Assembly (NCBI GenBank): GCA_965285935.1
Contig: OZ260664.1
Coordinates: 4,030,001-4,094,000, forward strand
Length of the DNA stretch: 64,000 nucleotides
Source of the DNA: Ophelia neglecta
Taxonomy: Eukaryota
Direction of reading: 5' to 3'
In this document: positions 50,341 to 62,387 of the stretch, in pieces
How the letters are laid out: every line of letters begins with the position of its first letter
Position numbering within the stretch: position 1 is the first letter of the stretch
Notes under the pieces: model-generated
What the model was told of the DNA's origin: nothing
Seen by the model: the letters and a program-made list of their open reading frames with translations, nothing else
Database searches by the model: none
Position numbers and translations under genes: made by a program

Positions 50341-52340
50341 GTCCCAGATCTTATTATTTTGCGCATCATGGCATCTAATTGGTTTCATCTGACATCTGGT
50401 CAAAGAAAGGTGGTAAGTTATAAGGTTCGTAGGCGCTTTATTATAAAATCCGTCCATGTTGTATGAATTTATTATTGCTGAAGCATTGTTGTGTTTGTCA
50501 TACCAAACCCCTATTAAAACTTGTATACATAATTATAATACACCCAAAAACAATGTAATATTATATATTATGTATAACTAATATATTTTCTACAGGCATT
50601 GGAGGACGAGACACCATGTTAGTTATGCGGGTCTGGTGTTAGTATTGAATATCCCCACTAAACATACTATGACCTGCTTGTATTGCTGGAACGCAACGGC
50701 AGCTGATTGAACGATGATGCTTGAACACGACATGGTCTGAATCAAGCATGATGAGGACCATTGATTGGTGTCAACAGTGCATGCTTCCTAATTAACTTAG
50801 CAAGCCCACCATCTGCGTCACCGGGACGTTATTGTGTGCCATCATATCACATGGTAGGCATATAAATAGGCAGACGTATTATGAATGAACCATGAAAAAC
50901 CCTTAACTAAAGTGTGTCAATTTGACTTTTTTGTCTTTATGGGTTGATTTCATATGGAACATTCGAATTTATTTTGTGATCATATGATAATTTGAAGAAA
51001 TACACACGTGTCTATAATGTGGGCGTGTCCTTAAAGTATTATCTGATCTAGCAACAAGGTATTCTTAGAGTCTTGGGATAAACAGTTCCAGTTATTAAGA
51101 AGCAGATCTAGGTTTATACGACTCACAAATTTAACCAACTGGAATCATCAACCTTCACAGGTGAATCGCAGGTACATCATCAAAGTTAAATCATAATCAT
51201 GTGATTAACCCATACTCTAACACTAAGTCTCTGCATTGGCCGGGCTAGAAAGATCGAAAAATACCATATCCAAGTCCTTTACAGCCGTCACCCCGATATT
51301 GGCGGCAGTTGGTTCCTTAAATCAATTTGTTAGCATTTTTTCTGCTCATCGATATGACAAAAAACCCAATATCTTGCCACTTAAATACATGGTTGAACAA
51401 ATAATGCCTATATTTTCTGTTAGACATACTACAAGGCTACAATAAGTACCGGCCAATCAAATGTGTACAAAAAGGGTAAGCGTATTGTTATAAGTAATAG
51501 TCGGATTGTATATATTAAATCAGCCGGCAGCTGCTCCGCGGAAGATGATGGCATATAGCGTTGAGTAAGATATGCCCAACAACACCCTGCTTCTATATAA
51601 CAAAGGAGAAAGCTACCGGGCATACTGTAAAACATGATAGAAATTGAAGAAATGAGGCACATATAGGTTGTTTGAGGTATTTAAAACTTAAAAGCAATAT
51701 TGATTAGGTCGGGTAAGAGGTTAGGGTTAAAGATGGACTGTTCCAATTGCTGCCCTGTTGAAATCCACCTCTTACTTGTTATTTTCGTTATGTCCCTTGC
51801 ATTTAATATCCGGTTTGAAATATACCTGGGCAGGCGATACAAAATCAATTATTCAGGATGAATCCATGCTGCTTTCAAAGCATTCTAATGAATTTCAACT
51901 ATTTATTGACTAGCACAATACATATCTACCGATAACAACTCGACAATGAGAACGGCATTGTAATTGAAGATTATTTAAGTCCGTTATAGGTGTTTGTGTT
52001 TTGTGTTGCGCTGGGGTGCTGCGCCATATACCTGGTATGTCACGGCATGGCATTTACGCTGCAGAGTGTCTCCAGGAAAGCCAGTATTCTCACAAACAAA
52101 CAGAACAGTTTAATGCTAGACTAGTCATAAGCCCAACATTTTGCCTCAATAATGGGTGTTCCTAGCATAAGTTTAGGTTCTGAGCTTATAAACACAAAAT
52201 TCGTATGGGTCATTTGAGGTGCACTCCTATTAGTCGAGTTTATGTCAAGAGTTGTAATAGTGGGATGCATATTGCACCGTAGGAGCCCAAGGTGTATATT
52301 CATGAAATAGCTCATGTGTCGTGTGTGCTAAATTCCAACA

Positions 52341-52540
52341 ATTGGCTTACAGACCACTGGTTGCCTGACTGATATGACAATTTATTGGCTAACGAACAAC
52401 CGCTTTGTAGCCTACATATGATTGGCTGTGTGGCCACTGATTGGCTGACCGACCACTGATTGGTTGGCCGACAGTTGATTGGATAGCGAACATCTGATTG
52501 GCTAGCCGACAACTTAGACGCTGACCACAACTGATTGACG
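52341..52540. repeat. Degenerate 19-bp minisatellite with a TGATTGG (CCAAT) core
   Basis: ATTGG at 52341, 52384, 52421, 52440, 52459, 52478 and 52497. Confidence 0.8.
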
Positions 52541-52824
52541 GACCCACGACCTTTGCTAACAGAAAACCTACCTGTGTTACCTCTTTTCAGAGGTTAATAC
52601 CTTGCATGGTTCTTGTCTGGAATACGACAGATACCCAGCAGACGAACTAAAATCATTTAACAATAATAAAAATTAATCCGGCCGAAATCATAAGGAACCA
52701 TCAATTACAGGTTCTCAAGTATAAAACACAGTCCTGATAGAACATTCAGTTCCCCCCATATCTTTTATTTTTTATTTTTGTTGTTACTCCCATGCTGTGA
52801 GATCCTTCCAGAGTTGACCGTCTT

Positions 52825-53061
52825 TCAACATAGGCCCTGACGAGGATCTCCTCCTACCGTGCACTCTAATTTTTGGAGCGTGAACTGGGCTCGGACGCGT
52901 CGTCTGCTGGAGAGTAGGGATCCATTTTGTGCTTCTCGGTGTCTCTGACAACAGGGTGACGCATGCGCTCCATATTCGACGAATAAAAAGATCTGCTGTA
53001 TGGCTGGCGGAAAGCTGGTCTTTACAATGCTGCGAGCAAAGCTTGCAATGCACTTTCCCAA
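52825..53061 (-). mobile_element. Possible decayed THAP-domain remnant (DNA transposon 5' end)
   Basis: Across two frames GKCIA/CS..CKD.LS...H...D.FIRRIW...V......KW.P resembles the THAP pattern. The terminal CS.HF is not clear. Confidence 0.3.
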
Positions 53062-53528
53062 GCGCTCTAATATAGTCGAGGGCGAACTCGGATAACCTGC
53101 ATAGTCTGCCGAACAATGTGAGAATGTCAGCTGTTACGTGTGAAGCTGTTCAAATGATATTAACCTAAAATGGTGACAACAGGGCGGCATGTCATCTGTT
53201 ATCGAGTTATTAACTGTTCAACTAATTAGGTCGGATAAAATGCAAGGCACGATTTGACCCCACAAACATTTTATTGGAAAAGTAGATAGTTAGTTCTCAG
53301 TGATTTGCTTTATTCAGGGTTTGAAAGAAGACTACTTGCATCCGACTATTTGTGAAATTCGGGAAAAGTGTAGCTCGGAAATATCGATCTGATTTCTCTG
53401 TCTGGCCGTGATATGATAAGAACCTACATTTAATAATTGCAGACGTGCAATTCACCACTTATCCTGACATTCGGTCCACGGAATAATCTCGGCCTCGGTT
53501 TTCACTGAATTACACTGGCTAGCCTCTG

Positions 53529-53706
53529 TATTATTATTATTATTATTATCATCATCATTATTATCATCATTATAATCATTATTTTCATTATTTTCATTAT
53601 AATCATTATTTTCGTTATAATCATTATTATCATTTTAATCATTATTATCATTATTATCATTATTATCATTATTATCATTATTTTCATTATTTTCATTATT
53701 ATTATT
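53529..53706. repeat. Compound (ATT/ATC)n microsatellite
   Basis: ~180 nt of TTA/TCA triplets with a 9-bp ATTATTATC sub-period. Confidence 0.95.
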
Positions 53707-55917
53707 TAGATCACTTGTATCAAGTTTCCCTTCTTTTACCCTCACTCTGGCCATTAATTTATTGTTGCTTTCCTTCGGTGGTTTATCTTTAAGGGACACT
53801 AAAACTTCCGAGGTGCCTTGAACAAGCATGCAGCTACCATGCCCCAAGTGATGCTTCCCAATATTTGGACTATGTTACCATAAATTGGCTCCAGTGGAAC
53901 CTGTGAGAGAAGTCCATGTGGTGAATCTCATAAGCATCCATATCTGCGGTGTAGCGATTTTATTTTTGTCTATGAAATCTGACTAGAATTAAGTATGGCT
54001 CTATGACTTAAAAAATCCAAGTTCTCTAAGTTTAGGTCCATCCTTTATAAAGTATTAGATCTTGGCCTCCCCGGACACGTCCCGATTGCTGGAGAGACTC
54101 CTCGCTGTTATTGCTCAAGCAAATCCCGTTATCAGCCATCATTTAATAAATCTTATAGAACGCAGCTGAAAGTCCCAGACAAGCTCCCTCGCACACGTCT
54201 ACTCACAAGTGAAAACAGACATGGACGGTCAAAGCAATGGCTTCTCTGGCAGTGTTTATTGATCAATACACAGTGGCCTGCCTATTTATGTCCTCGTTCA
54301 GTCGTCTCTCTCAGCTCAGATAGAGCACCGAATATCTTAGATATAACCAATAAATGCATGACATTTCGATGTTAGCTCTTATCAATCATTTGACGCTGCA
54401 GATAACCAAAACAAATAAAGGGTTTAGATTAAAAGCGGAGGCGCGGAGCCTTGCGGAGGTAAATCCCCAGATAAGAACATAACACAAGACCTATATAAAC
54501 CTATACCAATTTGAATGATAAGGCGGTGTCCAACCAACACATAAGGCGCGCCATATTTATCGGTTTGCTTTTAGGGATCAAGCATCAGGATAATAGGTGA
54601 ACAACATTTTGGTATGAATATGTATGCAAGTGCATGGGTAGGCCAATCGTGTTATTGGAATATCCGCCCTATGCACACTCTCTTTGATTAAAGAATCAAA
54701 TGACCCGAACCGGATTTATTCATCTCGATGCCATGTTGCGTCATTGTCAGCATCAGTGTTATAACAAAGTTGTGAGTACCATAAAATTGGGCACGCAGCA
54801 TTAAACCGAAGATTATAAGCTTATAGGTTAATAAGCTGATACATAAACTAATATCGTATTTTCATAGAATTTCCCGGAAAGCGATCGTGAAGGCTATTAC
54901 GCAATTTTAACCGCAGGCTATTTTAATTTACAGCCGAAGCCTTTGTCTTGTTCCCCAGCGCTAATTAATCTACAGCTAATGGGGAAGTGGCCGTTCGAGC
55001 GTAATTTAATCGATTAAAATTTAGGAATCGCAGGATGCCTTTGCGCCTGGCGAGACCAACTAAACCCAGGCCACAAAATAAAGTAATACATTATTCCAGA
55101 CAAATAAGAACGTTTGTCGAAAATCTTAAATATGAGTTAAAATTAATATTGTTTTGTATTTGAAAGGAACTATCGTTGTATTATTTATATGTTCATGTCC
55201 ATCGTGTCTTACATATATATTTGATAGGAAGTGTGTTCTTCGTCCTGTATATTTATTTTAATTCACTGCTAGAAACATACAAAAACTAGTTTAAACGTAC
55301 ACAAAAAGTTGTATTTTTACTTTAAACAATGTAACTATAATAAACAAGTGACTTTTCACATTGCTAAACTATTTTGACATGATACCAAAATACTATCGGC
55401 ATTAATGGCAATATCTGGCACATCCAAGACATCCAGTGTAATGTTTTAACTTGCTATTTCATAGCTGGTGAAACTACAACAAAATGTTTAAAGATTATTT
55501 CAGTTGCAGTATCATCAGCTACGAAAAAATCGGGGTTTATAGCTGCTGGCTGCTCACATCCACCCACACACCCGTTCTCAGGGATTAATATTCTAAACTT
55601 TCAAGTAATTGCCACCTGGTGTTGAATATAAATATGAAAGCATTTGTTCCCTTAATTTTGAGTCATTTCACTTACGGCATTGCTGTTTGCTTTCCCTATT
55701 ACATATATAATAAAGGACGGCATAACTGTATCCATATGGTGCTCTAGATAAACAATATAACTCATTGCCACTATGGAAAATATTAAAATTATCGGTAAGC
55801 TCAATTCAACTACTGAGAATGAAGCATGCCAAGAAAACTTCAACAATTAGTCACATAAAACAAACATTAAATGCTGAATCAAGGAAGCTCCCTACCTTCG
55901 GAGACAGATTGATGTTA

Positions 55918-56938
55918 TTACTGATTGAATTGATTGTTCATTTGATGAATACAATTGCGGCCACCTGCGCGCTTCGTCCGGGTTATATTGGCTGTGATAA
56001 GATCAAGCGGATATCTTTTGAGAGGGACCACTTTTTGCCCGGCATGGATATCGCTTGTTAAGAACCTCACAGTGAAGGTCTTCTTCATGACATCGCGAAA
56101 CCCCCGCCCGAAGATAAAATATATAAAAAAAGTATTTGATGAATTTATTACCATGAGCAATTGACTGATATTAAATCGGATAAGACCCTCACTGAAAGCT
56201 TGAGTAAATATGACACCTTTGTTCTTTCTCCCCACCGCGGTTAATAGTGTTAGAAATAGTTCGGGCGTCTCACAGAAAATGAACACGAGGACGACTATGA
56301 CCAAGACGAGAGTAGCGTTGTTCTCACCGTATTCCGGGGTTGTGGTGTTGGCTCGGTAACGTGCCTTGGGGGTATGAATGGCTTGAACCAAACGGGCGTT
56401 CATATACGATAGAATCACCAGTGGTAGAATGTAAGGCAGAATTATATACGCACCCTTTTTATAGATGTCATAATGGAGAGGATGGTTAAGCTGGGGATTT
56501 ATCACGCTTCGGCTGACAGTAAGGTTGGTGCAGGGATTCACCCACTCAACTACACAGCTCGGGAAGTGTCTGGGCAAGTTATTAATGGCTCCCAGGACTT
56601 ACACTCCTACAGCAGCTCGCCATTGAGTCCGCTTATTGAAGTCCGGTGGGGCGTAGAATGGCCCACACACATAGATAAACCTATCAATAGTCCCCTGTAC
56701 CATGGTCCAAATAGCAATTATATGTCACATCTTCAACATACCAATAGTGGAAATACCAGTGGCGGCATAATGACGTGTGAGCGGTGCACAGGCAGAAGCT
56801 ATTTCAATGGCTATGACAGGAAAGCAACCAGCAAATACAGACCATCAGACACAACCAGGGCCTGAAGTAGTAACAAGGTCCCCCGTCTCTCCTTGTCTCG
56901 GCGGAGAGCAATAAGTTACCAAATTACTAAATAGTCGG
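55918..56938 (-). pseudogene. GPCR paralog 3 pseudogene, 5'-truncated
   Basis: Colinear with the paralogs from LFSNLVT/LRRDKERR onward. Four in-frame stops (TAG, TAG, TGA, TAA), an 8-nt insertion and a small deletion lie in TM1-TM4; DRY has become DRF. N-terminus missing; 3' 219 codons open. Confidence 0.92.
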
Positions 56939-58902
56939 TCGTGGCTTGACAGTGTCTTTGGAGAATAATCCCAATAGTTGGTCTCATGAAAAAATGACAA
57001 TCAATGTGGCAACCAGAATGTCGGTTAAGATACAGCGAGTCGAACAGTAGAAATTACCGTAAAATTGATAAGCTTTAGTCAACAACGACCACAGATCGCT
57101 AAAGTATTTTGCCTGCAGAGCTTGAAAGCTAACGAAGATAACATACAATTTATTGCTTTGTCATAAAAAGGCAACTTAGTCCCACACATTATTTAACGAA
57201 ACCAGCTGAGCTAAATAGTCGGCTGCTTTTAAAATGGCCATATTTTATGATAACATTGTTTATACAAGCCCTCAATCAGCATATGTGAACACCTAATTAA
57301 TATATAAGATTGTTAATCTCTATGCATGGACGTGTATTTATCGTTCAGAACTATTGTACTTGCATATTAAAGGAAAATAATGTGACAAATTGTTGCTTCC
57401 TTTGAAAACTAGCATAAACTTAGCGTCTTTTACTAAAGTTTGGGAATCATAAAATCTATAACTCCTCTTAATTCTTTTTCTGGACGGGAACATTTCATAA
57501 GAGTCCATTTCGAGAGAATGTGATACCTCGCAAAGAACGCTTGCTTCATGAGGGAGACTATTTCTGTCATATGTATTTTGCTGCGCAAATCTTTGACAGA
57601 AAATCCTCGGTGTTTCAAGGTAATAACATCTAAACTCCCAACAGCTTAAATTAATCTTTGCAATCCCTTGTTGGTGTCTGGCTTTATGACAGGCTGCCAC
57701 CCCGCGGAGAGCACTGCTCTTGGCTGGGTACTTGCAGGGCCCAGCGCTCGTTGAAGAGAGTCCAAACGTCGTCTGCAAGCCGTAGACCTCAGTAGTATGT
57801 GCGGCTTTAAAGTGACCCAACAGTCTTTGCTACTTAATGCTACGTCATTTGAGATCGCTTATGTATGGACACTGATACACAGATTGTTGGATTAAGGAGG
57901 AAGGATGTGATTATAAGTTCTAACCGGAGAGACACGAAAGGGCGAGCCAATTCCAAAATATGAACTTGAAATCAAAGTTTCAAATACATGTCGGTACACT
58001 TTATACTCTAAAGCAGGGGCTCGTTTATTGAGACTGTTTATTATTTCATCTCTAAATTTTGTGAAAGCTTTTATCATTATCGACTCCACGCTATTATTTC
58101 ATCCCTGTCCTACCGTAACCACTGACTTTTTTTGTGTGTTCTGACACGCATCATGGAAAACGTAGGATGACTTTTCATTGCAATTGCAAGTGATATTAAG
58201 TTTGGTTATCTAACGGCCTTTCATCAGTTGGAAACGTACGATTATATCAATGTCCAAACATTTGACTTGTCATGTGACTTGCAAAAAATACCACACGAGA
58301 CACGCAACGTTTACCCGTACCTGTGTAGGTTTATTGGAAAAAACGCAAATGTTACTTTACCTATTATTAGTATTGTACGGAAAGAAATGTTCTGCTTAAT
58401 CACATGCTGAGGTGCTTCCTGTTATTCCAAGTAGTGGCTGCAGCACGTTGTCGTGAAGTTTAGATCTCAATGTCTTTAGCGCAAGAAAATCTTGTGATGA
58501 ATGATGATATCAAATATAATAATCTGATACAGGGCAGGCAGGGACACTCCTATGTTGGCGACAGATGCAATTTTTGCGATTTATTCAAGGAATAACATGG
58601 CTGAAATGTGGCCACATTGTGTGGCCTTTTCTTCCAATTCACTTCAAATTAATTAAAAAAAATAATAAGGAGTGTTTTATTCTATGCCTCATACAGCACA
58701 GCATATTGCTGAAACAAGCTGTATTGCACGTATATGCAGATTAGCAAAAAGTATAAAGTCAGTGTTTTATCATGTATTTAAGTTTTAGAGGACACGAAAA
58801 CAATTCCACAAGTTAATGTTCTTCTCTTGGGCACTCTCCCTATGATTGCGTCATGTAGACTGATGTGTACCTTAGTTTACGGGCATTCTCCTAGTGTTTA
58901 CG

Positions 58903-59178
58903 ACCACGCCGAGTCTGAGTAAGTGGGAGATCGGGGTTCGAATCTCGATCGCGTCAAACCTAAGACGTAAAAATAGGTACTGATAGCTCCCCTGCCAGGC
59001 GCCCAGTATTTCGGGGGTAGTATCATGACTGGTCAACCCGGTGTCAGTATAATGTGACTGGGTGGGGTTCCCTATCTGATCTCTACGGCAGGTACTTGAG
59101 CCCACTGTAACAAGTAGGCACTGTGGCGATATGACCGATGTGTTGAAAGCCACGTAAAACCCCAAACAACAAAAACAA
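58903..59178 (+). mobile_element. tRNA-derived SINE (Meta-SINE-like), 5'-truncated, 12-bp TSD
   Basis: B-box GGTTCGAATC near 58935; central TGTCAGTATAATGTGACTGGGTG block; tail TTGAAAGCCACGTAAAACCCCAAACAACAAAAACAA. TSD CTAGTGTTTACG at 58891-58902 and 59179-59190. Confidence 0.88.
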
Positions 59179-61516
59179 CTAGTGTTTACGTGGTTTCCAA
59201 CCACTGTTCATAGAATAACCCAGTTAACACAGCACTATATATACCTGACCTTGCAATTTGTGTCTAGAAATAGAAACCTATTTCTGCCAACAGGTATCTT
59301 TAGTGCCATGGGCTTGTGGCTGATAGATAAACCGACATGTCGTAGTTTACTCCGAAGGCTGATAAAGCTAACGACTCTTGTATATCGTCTGTCTCTGTAC
59401 TCTCTCCCTAACATGTTCTCTTTGGAATCACAGACAAGCCAAATATTTACCTCTCATCCATTTTTGTCCATCAAAGTGAAATAACAACCATTTAATAATG
59501 AGGCAAATTGGCCGCTGCTTAACTAACCGTTTAACCTGTTGACGGGCTTCGTGCTGATATTTACACACTATCTAGGAGTTAGTCCGCAGCCAAATTAACT
59601 CACTGCTTGTATCTCAACACACGAGAGACTCAGATCGCTGGCTGTCAAGTGAGGGGCAACCAGGACTAGCTCATGTGCTTTGAGGTACTCATCATTAAAC
59701 TAAGTCCACCACAATCTCTAATAGAGCGCATTATATCCCTGTCCAATAACTACTGCTGAATGGTTTGTTTTGTGCCCTGACTCGGACAATCAGAGACTGT
59801 AGACTACTTGCCATAGCAAATGAAACGATTTATTTCTCTTATTAATAATCTCATTAAAACCTTATTTTAAGTAAGGTAATTTGGTGTTGGTCGTTTTGCC
59901 GGCTACCCGGCCTTTTAGTATTCAAGTGTTTTTAAATGTTTAATAACAAGTTTTAATTGTGTGTGTAATGCTCAATAACAGGAAAATGGACGATGAAACT
60001 GCGAAAAACATTAATTGAAAAGGAACCAAAATGCGTCAATCACCTTTTCTTTTCTGTAATATTCGATATAGAACGAACTCGATCTTGCATTGATCCAAGC
60101 GCTGGAATTTTAACTTGGAACCAAATTGCTGTCTAGGTTCAATGATTCCCATGTCCTTTAATGTTTGTTTATTGATTCGTTCTGCCAGAGAGCAAACTAG
60201 CTGAAAAAGAATTCCGGCCTTCAATTCATAATGCGATTGGCTAATAGCTCTCTAGCTGTAGGTCCAGGCAAGAAACACTGAAATATTGACAGAAAGTGTA
60301 ATATATCAGATAAAAGACATTGACTTGATCTAACTGTAAAGTCGTTCCTGTGTCACCGTATAAAATAACCTCCCTGCATATAGTCTGAATGACTATGAAC
60401 ACTGGAAATATATATCCACAGCAATCATCATCAGCTCTTGAATTGGGCAATCTTAAACTCTGTATTGGATGCATTTGTCTCCCTGATGTGATAGACTCCG
60501 CAGGGTTAATAGTGACCTGTAGGATTATATCTAATCATGTATATACAAATCTATCTGGAGGATAGCTCTGCCTAATTTATTTGTATTTTACGATACACTT
60601 AGAGCTTCTTGGTCTTTAAAGATATTGGGTAAGAGTTAGCTCACTGAGTTATTTAGCGTTTCCATGACGTCTTAAGTTCAGAATAGCCTGCCTAGACTGA
60701 TTCAAACAACCTGAGCTCCGGTTATATTGTTTCTTGTGTGGCTAATTCATACTCTGCCAGTCTATCGCACAAAACATATAAATTTTCACTGAGGTGCAAT
60801 AAACACGTTATAATATATTCATGATGCTGTTTAGGCTGTCTTCATTATATTTAGCAGTTGTTATATTCCAACAGAGTGATAATTTGCAATCAACTTAAGA
60901 AAAGCTGCCCTTTCAATATGCCTGATGATTGCAATTAATGCCAAGCAACGACCCTTTAATGTTGAACATTGTAGGAGAAAATGTCATGTGTCGGTGAAAT
61001 GTAATCTCCTCCCGTCAATATCCTCCCAAACATACCTTGTTTTTAACAAAACATGGCTCACTTTGCATCATAATAGACAGACTTTTGATTAATCCATTTA
61101 TACGTAAACTTACCATTGCCGCACCCTGATATCGTTTCTTATGAACATGGACTTAGATTTTAGCGACAGTAACATGGCGGAGAAACAATAGGCGTCCCGA
61201 TCTTAGCCTTTACTGATTACATGAGGGGCGGTAATAACTTTGACATTATATTTAGATGAAATGTAATACCACCCTTGCACTCATGATTTACAGCTGAATG
61301 CTTTCTTTTCATTCTGAAGATTTGACGTGTGCGACAAGATGTAGTTCGGTGGTCCGGAGCATGAAAGTATCATTGGCATCGAATGTCTGGAAATAATAAA
61401 GCAGGCAGCATTTTTAAGAGAGAGAGGGTTTCAAACGTTGGTTCGGCTAATACGTCTAATAATAACTTGATTTTATGTAGCGTGGTTATGGTTTTCGTCC
61501 TTTTTTGGACTTGTGG

Positions 61517-61565
61517 ACCCATAGAGCTGCGCAGCCACAAGTTGTGCCTGCGCAGCTCTGTGGGT
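61517..61565. repeat. Near-perfect palindrome (24-bp arms)
   Basis: ACCCATAGAGCTGCGCAGCCACAA-G-TTGTGCCTGCGCAGCTCTGTGGGT, 22/24 complementary. Confidence 0.9.
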
Positions 61566-62387
61566 AAGTGCCTTATAGATTTATTGTAAAGCTAACAGCA
61601 TTTCTGGTATCACAGTATACCCAGGAGGTGACCCCTTCTTTTAATACAATAACATTCAACTGCGACACATACTTTACAGGTTATATATTGGTATAACTAT
61701 AATACTAAGCATATGATTTTGATGAATATATAGAACAATTCCTGACATATGAAAGGTCACCTCATCAAATTGTTTAGCCCAACAGCACAGAGCAAAAAAG
61801 TATAATTAATTTTAACTTTATTTATCTTAAAACACCTTTGTTTTCACAACACCTTAACTCAAATAAATGCAAATATATTTGACTTATATAAATGCAGTAA
61901 AGTGCCATTGAACTGGTTGGGTGCAGCTCGAATAACAGTTTAAGAGTTAACTCTATACAAAATGAAAGGTACATTCACAAATGAATATAGATTAACATTT
62001 ATTTAATATTTTAGCAACCTCATCTAATTGGCCATACATAAAACAGAATCAACCGAAAGAACAAAAACTCCTGCACATTGATCCCAAAATAAGGCATTAT
62101 AACATTGTTAGTTTTTACCCACATAATGTTTAATATGTGTATGTGTATAGAAAAATCATTGTTAAATCTCATGAAAATCGTGTTTATCACTGATAATAAT
62201 TCAATGATTCGCAACACAACCAAAAATGTAGGTGAACTAATTTTAAGTGGATTTCATAAACACAAAAAACACCGATAGATGCTTTGGTTATAAATGGACA
62301 TCGCTAGGATATTGTATTCAATCATAAGCCTTGAAATAGTCTGTGATTGAGCTAATGGTTCACCAGAGGAGTACATATACCGTTTTT

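Noticed and set aside
1640-52540. CRISPR-like interpretation of the short-period arrays
   Set aside because: Units are contiguous or have short, mutually related spacers. There are no cas genes and the context is eukaryotic.
53502-53847. Ile/Met-rich and poly-Asn ORFs
   Set aside because: Translations of the ATT/ATC microsatellite.
56473-56865. 130-aa antisense ORF over the pseudogene, and other antisense ORFs over GPCR, pol and LINE genes
   Set aside because: Shadow ORFs of coding DNA with no independent evidence.
57338-58089. Possible LINE ORF1 zinc-knuckle remnant on the minus strand
   Set aside because: The Cys/His pattern is too eroded to support by eye.
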